Of a stretch of DNA of 64,000 nucleotides, positions 41,952 through 55,368 are shown in pieces. The position numbers and the translations under genes were made by a program. Position 1 is the first letter of the stretch, and each line of letters opens with the position of its first letter. Where the stretch lies: assembly GCF_009914755.1 (NCBI RefSeq), contig NC_060936.1, one strand, 5' to 3'. The notes under the pieces were generated by a model. It searched no databases. It was not told where the DNA came from and saw only the letters and a list, made by a program, of their open reading frames with translations. Origin of the DNA: the human T2T-CHM13v2.0 reference genome, Homo sapiens.

Positions 41952-42483
41952 CAGCAGTCCCCAACCTTTTTGGCATGAGGGACTGGTTTTGTGGAAGACG
42001 ATTTTTCCATGGACTGAGGCAGCAGGGAGTGGTTTTGGATGATTCAAGCACATTACATTTATTGTGCATTTTATTTCTATTATTATTACATTGTAATTAA
42101 TATATAATAAAATAATTATACAATTCACCATAATGTAGAATCAGTGGAAGCCCTGAGCTTGTTTTCCTGCAATTAGATGGTCCCATCTTGGGGTGATGGG
42201 AGACAGTGACAAATCATCAGGTATTAGATTCTCATAAGGAGTGCACAACTTAGATCCCTCACATGCGCAGATCACAGTAGGGTTTGTGCTCCTATGAGAA
42301 TCTAATGCTGCCACTGATCTGGCAGGCGGTGGAGCTCAGGCGGTAATGCAAGCAATGGGGAGCGGCTGAAAATACAGACGAAGCTTCACTTGCCCTCCTG
42401 CTGCTCACCCCCTGCTGTGTCGCCCAGTTCCTAACAGGCCACAGACAGATGCCCATCTGTGGCCCAGGGGTTGGGGACCCCTA
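41952..42483. mobile_element. MER1A hAT-Charlie DNA transposon
   Basis: TIRs CAGCAGTCCCCAACC / GGTTGGGGACCCCTA, about 530 bp, internal TTAGATTCTCATAAGGAG; 8-bp TSD ATATATAG/ATATATAA. Confidence 0.9.
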
Positions 42484-43049
42484 ATATATAATGATTCACA
42501 TTATATATCAAAAGTAAATCAAAAAATTATAACTACAGCTAATTAAAAACTATGTAAACATACAGATGAAAATAAGATATTATGCAGCACTATAATTAGC
42601 TGCTGTTAAGTGATGATGTTGTAGAGAGGTTTTAATACAAATAAAACTTGGAATCAAAGATCCCATGATAATATGAACAAAACAATGTTACCAAAAAACA
42701 AAAGCCAGATGGTTTGATCACCAACCTGGAGGACCTTAACCATCCTATGCCTCTCTCTTCTGTGGAACCACATCGCTTGTCCCCTTTGTCCAACCAATGA
42801 GAAAACTCTTCAGAGACTGGTGATAATATGGTGGGGAAGGTCACTGCAATTAGGTCCTGTAGTGGCTTATGTTTCACTGCGTTTTCATATAGCCTAGGAC
42901 ATAGTACTCTGTATATTGCATGTATTCCATAAATATTTCTAGATTTATTTATTTGGAATAATAAAAAGGGAAAATTTCTGTGAGACACATATTTGAATCA
43001 TAAAAGACCTTTTTTAGTTTCTCCTTTCCTTACAAATAGCCCCCATGTA

Positions 43050-44520
43050 ACCTCAGTGTTCTTTCTCTAACTGAAATCCTGGCTCCCCGCTGAGCACCCT
43101 GCCTCCCTTGTGTCTCAAGTATTGGCTTTCTCTCATTTTTGCGTAATGGGCCTAGCTACAAGTGAGGTGCACTCTTTGCTTCTCAAGATAGCTTCCCGAT
43201 TATTTTCCCCATCTCTTCCATAAAATTTCCTAGCTTAGACTCTCATGTCATCAGATTACATCACTCGCAAACCCTCATTGTTGACATAGTCTACTGATAC
43301 CTGTGTCATTTCCACTTATTGCTTGACAATTTTAGCTCCTGGTTTACTATGACTTTCTAAAACACAACCCCTATCTTAATTTTTGGCTATTTCAATTCAC
43401 ATAGAGATAGTCCTTCCAACACTCTGGCCCCTTCCTGAATTTCTCTCTTCCAATAATCATATCATACTCCCTATTCTAGCTTCACATTCCCAAGTCATAT
43501 TCTTCATTTTGTTGTTACCTATAAATCGTCTAAAATTTAAATTTTATGCATCCACCTCCTGGGTTGCATCTTTCTATCTTTCTACCTTATTCCTTCCAGT
43601 ACATCAATTCACTCTAAAAATGCTTAAACCCCACAAGTTCTTGCAAAGCATTAATTCTACCAATTTTTTATGTCCTTCACCCATCTGACATCCTCTCTAC
43701 CCTTCTTACTCAGATTAAATTCTATTGCCAGTCATTGGAATTACTCCCTTGCATACATCCTTTACTCCTTTCCCCTCTCACCACCATCATCTCTCACCAC
43801 CATCATCTCTCACCTGGATTACTGCATTAGTCTCCTAACAGGTTCCCCAGCTTCTATCTTTCTCCATCTACAGTCTATTGTCAACATGGTAGCCAAAAGG
43901 ATCCTTTTAAATGTAAATATGGACCTGTCATTCACCTATTCAATACTCTCAAGTGGCTTCCATCTCACTCAGAGAAAAACCAAAGTCCAAGCAATGCCTT
44001 ACAAAGCCAGCCATGAACCGCACCCCCTTATGTCTGATTTCCCCTCCTATTCTCATCTGCTAACTCAATCCAGGAAGTTAAACTGGGCCCCTCACTGTTC
44101 CTCTATCCCATTAGACAAGCTCCCACCTCAGAGCCTTTGCACTGACTATTTCCTCTGCCTAGAATGTTCTTACCCTAGATATACTCTCTTGACTTCCTCC
44201 TTTGCCTTCAAATTTTGCTTAAATCTCAGCTTCTGAATGTGGCTTACTCTGAAATCCAATTTAAAACTGCAACCCATCCACCTCAGCCTGGTACTCCCAA
44301 TCCTTCATATCCTGCTCTATTTTTCTTTTTACCACTGCACTTTTAAATGTCTACTCTACTATACAATTTGTTTATTTATTGTGTTCATTGCTTCTCTCCT
44401 GTCTACCACCACTAGGATTTAGACTCCATGAGGCACAAAGATCTTAATCTGTCTTGTTCTCTTATATATTCCAAGTACCATGAGCAATGGCTAGTATATA
44501 GATGTACAATAAATATGTTT
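43050..44520 (+). mobile_element. L2 (degenerate ORF2 and 3' end)
   Basis: ORF 43670-44236 contains TIISHLDYCISLLTGSPAS, resembling the L2 'SRLDYCNSLL' motif; 3' end CTCCATGAGGCACAAAGATC...AATAAATATGTT. Confidence 0.8.
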
Positions 44521-45359
44521 ACATAATTTAAACATAAATACATTTCTATGTGTGACTTGCTGGATTTCAAAAGAAGCAGAACCAGACTTGAGTAGACTTT
44601 CACATTTTTCATTTCCCATTTTTCACAAGAAGTGCATGCAAAAAAAGGAGAACGTTTCTAATTGACTCATATGTTACCGTCTAAAAGTTAATCTCTACAT
44701 TTGCTTCCCATACAGAAAAAACATTCTTAATTGTAGATCCACAAGTCCATCTATAAAATCACTTTTGGTTTATAGTTATCTGAAATATTATATATTATAA
44801 ATGAATAGCAGTGACTAAAATCATTACAATATTAAGCAAAAATACAAAATAAATAAATTATAAAGGTATTATTTTATCTTAAATACCAACACTTAAGAGC
44901 AGCCATACATAATTAAAGAAAGTGAGAAGAAAGATGAAAACTTTTATGCTAATTCTGCAGGAAACTTCAAGCCTCTTTTAAAGTTTTAAGAAATGAGGTA
45001 TTTGTTATGTCTATTTTCACTTCAAAGCATGGCTTTCTTTGTCCCTGTTACAAGTGGATCACCAGCACTGCTCTGATATGGTTATATTCTTTTCAACTCA
45101 TTTAAATGAAATAAAGAGAGAGCTGGAAAGGTGTTTCTGATATTACTAGGCAATGGCTAGAAGAGAGATGAAGCAAAAAAGGTGTTAAAAAGAAGAAAAG
45201 TTACTTGAGCTGAAAATAGCTGCACTGTAAAGTAGGAACAAGCATCTAGTCTCTGCTCAGATATGAGTAAAGAGAGGGAAAAAAATGAATGTCTCCAAGT
45301 TTGATGGGGAATGTGATAGGGTATAAATTGTCTTTAAGATAAGCGGGATGGGCAAGATA

Positions 45360-46030
45360 TAGAACTACTATATGACCCAGAATTTCCTCTGTTGGATATG
45401 TACCCAAAGGAAATGAAATGAGTATCATATAGATATCAGTGCTCCCATATTCATTGCAGCATTATTCATAATAGTCGAGATATGAAAACAAAATAAGTGT
45501 CTATCGACGGGTGAATGGATAAAGAAAATGTGGTACAGATACATAGTAGATATTAATAAGCCTTAAAAATGAAGGAATTACATCATTTGCAACAACATGG
45601 ATGAACCTAGAGAACATCACGCTACATTAAATAAGCCAGAAACACAAAGAAAAATAATGTATGATCTCACTTATTTGTGGAATGTTTTTAAAGTCAAATA
45701 CATAAAAACAGAATAGAACAGTGGTTACCAGGGATGGGGTGAGGGGGGTAAACTACATGGAGAGATGTAGGTCAAAGAGTTCAAAATTGCAGTTATGTAG
45801 GATGATTAAATATAGAAAGCTAATGTGTAAGATAAAGACTATAGTCAATAATATTGTATCATATACTAGAAATTTGCTAGAAGAGTAGAGTTTAGGTGTT
45901 ACCACCAAAGAAAGATAACTATGTGAGGTGACGGCAGTGTTTATTTGCTTGACTGTAGTAATCATTTCTTTACTATGTATGTGTATATCAAAACATTATG
46001 CAATATACCATATATATACACAATATAAAT
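45360..46030 (+). mobile_element. L1MA (about L1MA7-9-like) 3' part
   Basis: GAACTACTATATGACCCAG...CATTTGCAACAACATGGATGAACCTAGAG...GTGGTTACCAGGG...AATTTGCTAG. Confidence 0.85.
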
Positions 46031-47779
46031 GAATAAATGAATGAATGGAAGAAAAGTTCTAATTTTATTGCTATCGTCTCCACTTTAGCCTTGCTTCTTC
46101 CTTCCTTCCATTTCCAATGAGATCTTAAATATAGATTATTTGTGACTTCAGAATACAGATATGTTTCTGGAAATTCATATAGAAAATAATTTAATGTAAA
46201 ATAGAGGAAATGCATGTTTAATTCAGTTACATGCATATAGCATTTTCTAGCTTACTAGAAACTTTAATATGAAATTTTAGCATGAAAGTGCTTTCATTGA
46301 CTATACACCACACATATTATAGATAATCTAGTTCAAACTATTCATTCTGAGAGCAGGAAAATTAGCACCAGAGAGGATCAATGTTTTCTCTAAGGTTATA
46401 GGGATAAACTAGAAAGCAGGTTCCCTCTCTGTCATCCTGCTTTCTTTCCATTAATCCACAAAAATACTATATGGATTTTACAGATAAGCAAAGTGAGGTG
46501 TAGACAGTTCATTTGCCCTAAGTTGCACAAATAGTAAGTGATGCAACTCAAGTTCGATGTCCTTCTGATTCGTATATCTGCCAATGAAAAAACATGTCTG
46601 AGAAAGAAATAACTGCAAAATCCAAAAATAAGTCTTAATCTACCCTCAAATCATCTACTTATTAAAATTTACAATTCATCATTTTCCTATCAAGCTCTAT
46701 TAAGCAAAATAAACTTCAACATTTTCATTTTTATAATACTATGAAGACTCATAGCACAGCTTTATTGTATTTCTTTCTTCTCTCAATTTATTAAAACTAC
46801 TTCAATCTCTCTTAGATGATTTGAACAGTATAAAATCTACCCTGGTGATGGTAGTACTGACTAGATCCTAAATTTCTTTCCATTTTGATGATACTTTTGT
46901 TTTGTAAACCAAGCACATGAGATTTGAAAGTTTATCAGTGGTTTGTTTTGTTTTGTTTTTGTTTTTGTCTTTAAACCTTCCTATTTCATCACTGCTTTTT
47001 GTTGACAAAGGCAAACAGGGTTGTGAAGCGTGCCCTCTGCTGGTAAGAAGAGGAAAATGGTCATACTTCAAACCAAAGCGCTCCTATAAATTTCACGTGG
47101 ATAGCAGATGTATCTAAAGATCCGAAATAGAGTAGCCTACAAATGATTGATTTAGAAATAACTATCATGTTATAATAACATAATTATATATAATATCATA
47201 TACACTTAAAATGGGAGATAAAATAGATTTACAAGGCACTGAATAGTAATATTTATATTTGTTCCAGCATTTTATGTTTGCTTTACTACTAACTAAAGTC
47301 TAAGAGAGGCTACAACTAGGAAGAGAAAAGGGAAATCATACTCAGATGGATGGAGCCACCCAATGTTTTTCCATATTTTACCGAGGAAACTGTCAATAGT
47401 TTATCAGCTTCAAATATCAATTGCAAGCACTGACATTGTCATTTAAATGGAAGTCACCAAATTCAGTGACCAATATATCTTCTCCCCAACCCATTTTCTA
47501 TCACAATTCATTAGTAAGCCCCCATCAACCATTTTAATATCTCCTTGCAAGGAAAAAAGGGAGACAGATCCCTAACTCATCACAAATGTTCATTACAAGT
47601 GTGTGCTTCAGACATCTGCAAGTTACTTAAACTAACAACTATAAACTTATTATAATATTTCTTATCTCATAAGACTAAATGGACTATATATTTCTTTTTA
47701 TGAGGTGTTAAGAAATGAATCTTGCCTGTGAAGCATGATTGAAGGAAACTCTGGGAAGGGTGATGAAGATGCGTCCTGT

Positions 47780-48243
47780 GTGATCTGTCACCTGGCCACC
47801 TCTCTACCATTCTTCCTGGCCCCCATGCTCCTTCTGCTCCAGCCACACTGACCGCTTCCTATTCCTGGAGCATGCTGAGCATGTCATCTCCCAGGGGCTT
47901 TTGCATTTTCTGACCCCTATGATTGTAATGTTCTTTACACACATAGACACACAGCCTCGTCTTACAGCTCATTTAGGGCATAAATGTTCCAACATCAAAA
48001 AGACCTTCCTTTATTACCCTATACGAAATCACCACATCCTCTTACCCTGATCTTCATAATATATATTACTTGTTACTATCAAAGTGATTTTGTTTTATTT
48101 ATAATCTGTATCTTCCCACGAGGAAGCAAGCTTTGTGAAGCAGAGACTTAACTTATGTGGTTCACTGTTCTGTTCACAGTGACTGGAAGAGAACCTAGTT
48201 CATAGTAGGTCATAAATATTTGATGAATGGATAAGTAAATGAA
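47780..48243 (+). mobile_element. L2 3' end
   Basis: CTCCAGCCACACTGACC...AAGCTTTGTGAAGCAGAGAC...CATAGTAGGTCATAAATATTTGATGAATGGA. Confidence 0.75.
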
Positions 48244-48404
48244 CTTATCAGGAACACTACAGAGATAATTTCTGCTTTGAATGGGAGAGTGATCTAATGA
48301 CTTCCAGGGCCCCATTCTGTAATTTTATAAAGATAGCTCATCTTGAAAAAACAGACCCCATCTTCTTTCTTTTGATTGCTAGTACTACACTTTCAGAAGT
48401 GTAC

Positions 48405-48836
48405 TTTTTTTAAAGTTTTACTTTCTTTTAAATTGATACATAACAATACGGGGTACAGTGTGATATTTACATACATGTATACACTGTATAATGATCAAAT
48501 CAATGTAATTAGCAAATCCATCACCTCAAACATTTATCATTTCTTTGTGGCGAGAGCATTCAAAATTCTCTCTTCTAGTTATTTTAAAATATACAATACT
48601 TTATCATTAAATATAGTCAAGCCTACTGTCCAAAAGAACATAAGAACCTATTCCTCCTAATTGGAATTTTGTACCCAATTGCCAACATTTCCCCATTCCT
48701 CTATCCTTCCCAGCCTCTGATAACCACTATCCTCTCTACTTCTATGAGATCAGCCTTTTAAAATTCCACATATGAGTGAGATCATATGGTATGTGTCCTT
48801 CTGTGTCTAGCTTATTTCACTTAACATAAGGTCCTC
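48405..48836 (-). mobile_element. L1MA (about L1MA4/5-like) 3' end
   Basis: GGGGTACAGTGTGATATTT..TAATGATCAAATCA..CCATCACCTCAAACATTTATCATTTCTTTGTG...TTCCACATATGAGTGAGATCAT. Confidence 0.85.
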
Positions 48837-50852
48837 ATAACTCTTTACAAAGAAATAAAGTATAAGCAAATCAACTAAATGAATTTGGGAACACCATGAA
48901 AAAAGTTTGATTGGATGTTTAAATAATTCATTGCACTACCATGTAAGATATTTTTTCTTCTTTGTTACTGTCATTTCCTTTTGATCATGTATTTTAAGAC
49001 AAATAAAATACAGCAACTATAAATAATCTATAAAAATATCACATTACTGGAGTTGATTAAGTGGTTAAATATCAAATATTTCACATAGTTTCTATACTTT
49101 TTAAAATTAACATTATAATAGAATAATGTTTTTCAAGAACTGAAAAGGTAAAGCAGTAACAGGAAGAAAACAAAATTTAAATGTGTAAGTATATGCTAGT
49201 ACCTACCATTTTTTTGTTATGATACTGCCAAACTCTATTAAAAGTATCATCGCACAACATAACATCTTCTAAGTCTAATTCTAAGTCTAATACCTATGAT
49301 ATTCTATTTAAAATATTACTACTATAACACCCATCTTTGAGATGAACACATTTTAGGTATGCTTGTAATCCCTAAGGAATAAGCAAAATAATGAAATTGG
49401 TAACATGTCCAAATATTCCTAGCTGACTTTCTGGCATTGCTGTCTGTCTGGATGCATCAGGATTACACACAAGAAAGATGATTGCAGTTATTTGGTGTTT
49501 TGACAAATGCCTGACACTATCCATTTTATTGCCAACATTTTAGGCCCCTTATTGCACATGATGAGAGAACTGACCTTTGAAAGAAAATTGTTGGGTCGAA
49601 TAGAGAAAAATCAAATGACAGAAATTGATAGAAAGAGGACTGTTGTGCAATCATACTTGGATCATCTCAGATGACGAACTTTTCTAACTAGTAAATTTTT
49701 GTAACTTAATCATGTTTACCAGTGAAAATTTCCTATTGTAAATGTACACACATTACAGGAGGGAGAATCTTTTAGCCCATGTAAGTCATTTTTTCAGAAC
49801 AAAAGCAGAGCAATGAGAACTTCAGTATCTGGTCACACATAGAATCATCATATTAAACACATAATTTCAGGTGTTTATAGCATTTTGCAAAACACACTGC
49901 TTAAACAAATTATTTGAAAGTCAGTTAAGTGAATTTGGGGGGCATCATAAGGCCAAAAGATGATGCAGGTCCCCTTATTTATAAAATCATCATGTTCTCT
50001 TTTACTAATCCTTCTTATATTGGTTCCAGTAACAGCAGAGAAAGCTCAACTTTCTTAGATGTATTCATTTATTCATTTAAAAAGCATTTCTTAAGTGTCT
50101 ACTATGTAGCAGGAACCAATAGCTGCTGGGAATTTGAAGATTATACATAATCCCAACCTCTTTAGAGCGGACAGAAGATATAACATGGCACAGATGATTT
50201 CCGATTTGTGTTTAACATTACCACTATGAAACGCTCTCAAAGAAAAGTCAAAAGGACACTAGGCATTTAGACACGAGCAATTCAGAAACACTAATTTGGC
50301 TTTATCAGATATAAAAAATATATAATTATGTGAAAGTCTAATATTATTTCAAGTGACTAAGACATCCAAAGTGACACATTACGTCATTCCATCCATTTAT
50401 TACTCACAGAAAGTAATCAGAGAATTCTATTCCTTGTTTTGCAGATGAGGAAACCAATATTCTGAAAACTTGTGACACATACAAAGTCAAAAAATGAGCA
50501 GTTCTTAGATATGAACTCCTAGTCCATGTTTTCTTCCATGATAATAATTATCCAACCATATGGAATAAACTCATCTTCCTTCCCTTTCCGTCTTCAGACA
50601 CTGATAGGAATGCCTTGGTGACAAAGTACTGTGTGTTTAAATAATTCAACATTCTTTGAAAACTGCCCCCAAATAGCTACTCCCCTGCCAGAAAAGAATA
50701 AAGGAGACTGGTCAATTGAGGTAGTCTCATAACATATTTAAATGTGCCTAAGAAACACACCATTCTCCATTAGCTTTTACATTTTTGTACTATAGGTTTA
50801 CTTTTCCAACATTCAAAATATCTACACAAAAACACTAATTTGAAACTGTAGT

Positions 50853-52490
50853 CCCTCTCCCTCTCCCTCTCCCCCTCCCCCTCCCCCTCCCTCTCCCCCA
50901 TTTCTTTATTTGGTCTCCCTCTGTTACCGAGGCTGGATTGTACTGCCGTGGTCTCGGCTCGCTGCAGCCTCCCTGCCCCGGGCTCCCGTGGTTCTCCTGC
51001 CTTGGCCTGGGTTTGCCAGCGCGCCGCCATGCCTGACTGGTTTTTGTATTTTTGGAGGAGACAGGGTTTTGCCCTGTTGACCGGGCTGGTCTCCGGCTCC
51101 TGACCTCGAGTGGTCTGCCCACCTCAGCCTCCCAGGGTGCTGGGATTGCAGACGGAGTCTCGCTCACTCAATGCTCAGTGTTGCCCAGGCTGGAGTGCAG
51201 TGGCGTGATCTCAGCTCGCTGCAACCTGCACCTTCCAGCCGCCTGCCTTGGCCTCCCAAAGTGCTAAGATTACAGTCTCTGCCCAGCCGCCACCCCGTCT
51301 GGGAAGTGGAGAGCGTCTCTGCCTGGCTGCCCTGTCTGGGAGGTGAGGAGCGCCTCTGCCCGGCCGCCCTTACTCTGGGAGGTGGGGAGCGCCTCTGCCC
51401 AGCTGCCCCGTCTGGGAAGTGGGCGCCTCTGCCCGGCCGCCCCGTCTGGGAGGTGAGGGGCGTCTCTGCCCGGCCCCCCCGTCTGGGAGGTGAGGGGCGC
51501 CTCTGCCCGGCCACCCTTCATCTGGGAGGTGGGGAGCGCCTCTGCCCAGCAGCCCTTCGTCTGGGAGGTGGGGAGCGCCTCTGCCCGGCCGCCCTTCGTC
51601 TGGGAGGTGGGGAGCGCCTCTGCCCGGCCGCCCTTCGTCTGGGAGGTGGGGAGCGCCTCTGCCCGGCCGCCCTTCGTCTGGGAGGTGGGGGGCGCCTCTG
51701 CCCGGCCACCCCGTCTGGGAAGTGGGGGGCGCCTCTGCCCGGCCACCCCATCTGGGAGGTGGGGGGCGTCTCTGCCCAGCCGCCCCGTCTGGGAGGTGGG
51801 GAGCGCCTCTGCCCGGCCACCCATCGTCTGGGATGTGAGGAGCGCCTCTGCCCGGCCGCCCCGTCTGGGAAATGAGGAGTGCCTCTGCCCGGCTGCCCCG
51901 TCTGGGAAGTGAGGAGCACCTCTGCCAGGCCGCCCTGTCTGGGAAGTGTACCCAGCAGCTCAGAAGAGACAGTGACCATCGAGAGCGGGCCATGATGACG
52001 ATGGCGGTTTTGTTGAAAGGAAAAGGGGGAAATGTGGGGAAAAGAAAGAGAGATCAGATTGTTACTGTGTCTGTGTAGAAAGAAGTAGACATAGGAGACA
52101 CAATTTTGTTCTGTACTAAGAAAAATTCTTCTGCCTTGGGATGCTGTTAATCTATAACCTTACCCCCAACCCCATGCTCTCTGAAACATGTGCTGTGTCA
52201 ACTCAGGGTTAAATGGATTAAGGGCGGTGCAAGATGTGCTTTGTTAAACAGATGCTTGAAGGCAGCATGCTAGTTAAGAGTCATCACCACTCCCTAATCT
52301 CAAGTACCCAGGGACACAAACACTGTGGAAGGCCGCAGGGACCTCTGCCTAGGAAAACCAGAGACCTATGTTCATGTGTTTATCTGCTGACCTTCTCTCC
52401 ACTATTATCCTATGACCCTGCCACATCCCCCTCTCTGAGAAACACCCAAGAATGATCAATAAATACTAAAAAAAAAAAAAAAAAAGAAAA
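50853..52490 (+). mobile_element. Full-length SVA retrotransposon, oldest-type (SVA_A-like)
   Basis: (CCCTCT)n head, antisense Alu-like domain, GC-rich VNTR (about 51277-51945), SINE-R retaining HERV-K-like CTCAGAAGAGACAGTGACCATCGAG, AATAAA at 52458-52463, poly-A; perfect 11-bp TSD GAAACTGTAGT at 50842-50852 and 52491-52501. Confidence 0.96.
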
Positions 52491-55062
52491 GAAACTGTAG
52501 TATAAGGTAGCCAGTGGGCTTGTATAAGACAGACCAGAGTTAAATCCCCTGCAACTGCACTAAGCTCTTCTGTAAACCTCAGTTTGCCTCATCTGTAAAA
52601 TAGAGCTAAAGCTGACTTCACATTTGTAAAATATTTGGTTGACCTCTCAGCACACACATGCTAAGTAAATCATAAGCACTAATAGGGATTCTATGAGAAT
52701 AGATCCCTAATAGTGTTTATACGCTACTGACAATTGTTTGTACTTGATTTTCAAGTGTTCTTAAATCATTTCATAGTACATGCTGAACATTACTGCTAGA
52801 ATCTGTAGAAATCTGTAATTTCTAAGGCTTAATATTTTTAGTCACATTCAGTGGAGATTAAATAAAAGTGATTTAGTGGTGATAAGAAGAACTCCAAACC
52901 ACCTCATATACACTGGTGCATTGAGAAACATCAATAAATGTTAATTATCTGACTGTCACATTATTAAAACTTTAATAAATCTGTTTTTTCATAAAGGAAA
53001 TATAGAAAACAAAACATTTTGCCTGTAATAAAACTCTAATTTTTATCACTTCTATTTTCCTTTAGGTGATGTGCCCTATTGAAGACAATAGGAGACACGT
53101 ATATCATCTTTCTCATATTTCAGCATTTAAAAAAAAAAAAAAAAGACTGTTGATTTGTTTTAACCTCCGCAGATGCTTTGTGAAGGTACAAAGGTGCATA
53201 TGGTCAAGATGAGACATTTCCTATTTTTATAAGCACCTTCAAACTTCCATTGCTTACATTTGTATTGAATTTCCTCAAAGCACAATAGTAAAAAAGTCTC
53301 TACAGGAGTAAAACTGTATCCAAACTATTCCATCTCAGACTTTGTCTTATTCCTAAAAGTACTCTATGGAAGAAAATATTTGAAAATGTAATGGGAAATA
53401 ATCCAATCTAAAACACAGCACCCAAAATTTAACCTTATCAATAAAAAAGCAAATCAGTATTTTGGTACTATGATACTACTAAATATTCCACAAATAACAC
53501 ACTCAGAAGAAAAAAAATAAAATTCTATATTCCTGATTATTGCAAGGTTTAAAAAATCACTTAAATCTAAATACTGGAGGGAAATGTAGTTTGCAGAAAA
53601 TCATGGAAGCACACTCATGCTACAGACAAAATTGCCCTGAAATTTGCCCAGTTCAGAGCCTCAATGCATACTTACATATTCTCCTTATTAAAATGCTGGA
53701 AATTAATTTCTCGCCCAAGAGGAATTCATAGTCCCATGTTTAAAGCACAAAGATTACAAGGGGAGCATTTAGATTATCTAGAGATGCCATCATGTGAATT
53801 TAGCCTATTATTATTGAACATTCGTAGTTTATGGACAAAAAATAGTAAATCAGTTCAGCAGGATAGGCTGCTTAAGAAGGATTAGACTATCACACTATAA
53901 ATGAGATAGAATTTTACTACATGGAATTCAGTGAGATAAATTTAAGCTTTGTAGCTTACAAATTTGTGGTATTTACCATAAGGGCAGCACAATAGAAATC
54001 AATGCCTGCCAGTACCCACTCATAAATCTCTAATCACAGCACATAACAGGTTTGAACTAATGCAGGATCAAGTAGAACACAATTTTCCTGGTTAACATAT
54101 TATAAAAGTAGGTGTGTTCATAAACACACAAGAAAAAGGAAAGAAGACTTCCCACTGCTAATGGGTGCCATTTGAGACTTAAGTTAATAGTAAGTCTAAA
54201 ATTCCAGTATCTAATCCTTCAGGCAAATACTGCACCCAGATATTAAACACTACACACATCATCATCACACAGCATGGTGGCTCTGTTGGAGTTACTCTAT
54301 TAGAAAAATCACCCTTATTACTAGTCTAATACCACAGTGTGAGTAATGAACTGCACTGTAAGTTGTACAGAATCATTTAATGAACTGAAATAATATGAAA
54401 TTTCTTTTTGCTCTATTTAATAACAACTTATTCACTCAACTACTGAGGCTTCAAATCTTGACCATCTAATATTAGACACTGGGAGATTCAAAGTGTAAAT
54501 ATAACAAACTAGTTGTAAGTTAGTCGATAATTTAAGGTCACCTTCAAATATAGCACAATCAAAAGCCAAAATACTATTGCACTTTTACAACAATTGGTAT
54601 AATGGCAACAGGTTCTATCTTACAAAGTCTACCTAATAGGCCTCATCAATATATGCAGAAGAGAAATTAACTATCTTGGACCCACTTTCCATGAATAGTG
54701 CCAGGGACATGCTAGATACTTCTTAAATACTTGATATCTGACTGTTGACTGATATCTTAGTGAACTACTGTGGAATGCATTTAACAAAATCTTTAAAATA
54801 TGTATTATTCCACTGGGCTATATAAACACACATCAAAACATTCTACTGACATCGAAAACCTTAATTTTATACTTCAGGCAATAAAATACAAAGAATTATA
54901 AAGCTACATCCTCAAGAATACAGGGTAAATTTAACACATTAGTGGACCAACTTTGGCAGCAAGATACCAAAATTTACTACCCAATAAGATAGTATTTTAA
55001 CCAGTGTTGCTGCATAATTTATTTTGAGTTTGTGAGCTGAAAATACTTCAAAATGATGTTCT

Positions 55063-55368
55063 GGCTGTGCGCAGTGACTCATGCCTGTAATCCCGGTACT
55101 TTGGGAGGCCAAGGCGGGCGAATCGCTTGTGCCCAGAAAATCAAGACCAGCCTGGGCAACATGGTTAAGCCCCATCTCTACAAAAAAAAATACAAAAATT
55201 AGCCGGGCATATTGGTGCATACCTGCAGTTCCAGCTAGTCAGAGGGCTGAGGCAGAAGGATTGCTTAACCCCGGAAGGCAGAGGCTGCAGTGAGCAGAGA
55301 TGGCGCCACTGCACTCCAGCCTAGGTGACAGGGCCAGACTCTGTCTCAAAAAAATAAAAAATAAAAAT
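55063..55368 (+). mobile_element. AluJ (Jb-like), full length
   Basis: GAATCGCTTGTGCCCAG..GACCAGCCTGGGCAACATGG, GAGGCTGCAGTGAGC; 12-bp TSD AAAAT(G/C)ATGTTC at 55050-55061 and 55369-55380. Confidence 0.92.

Noticed and set aside
43383-44422. Run of plus-strand ORFs up to 188 aa
   Set aside because: Decayed L2 ORF2; pyrimidine-rich composition suppresses stop codons.
51277-51945. Repeat array superficially like CRISPR
   Set aside because: Tandem VNTR with no unique spacers, in a primate retrotransposon.
50770-52455. Many overlapping 100-230-aa ORFs on both strands
   Set aside because: They are reading frames through the GC-rich, stop-poor SVA VNTR and Alu-like domain (repeating ERLCPAALRLGGG), not genes.
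53050-53200. Two plus-strand acceptor-like tracts (TTTTCCTTTAG|G, TTTAACCTCCGCAG|A)
   Set aside because: Downstream donors are weak and no recognisable peptide results; unsupported without RNA data.
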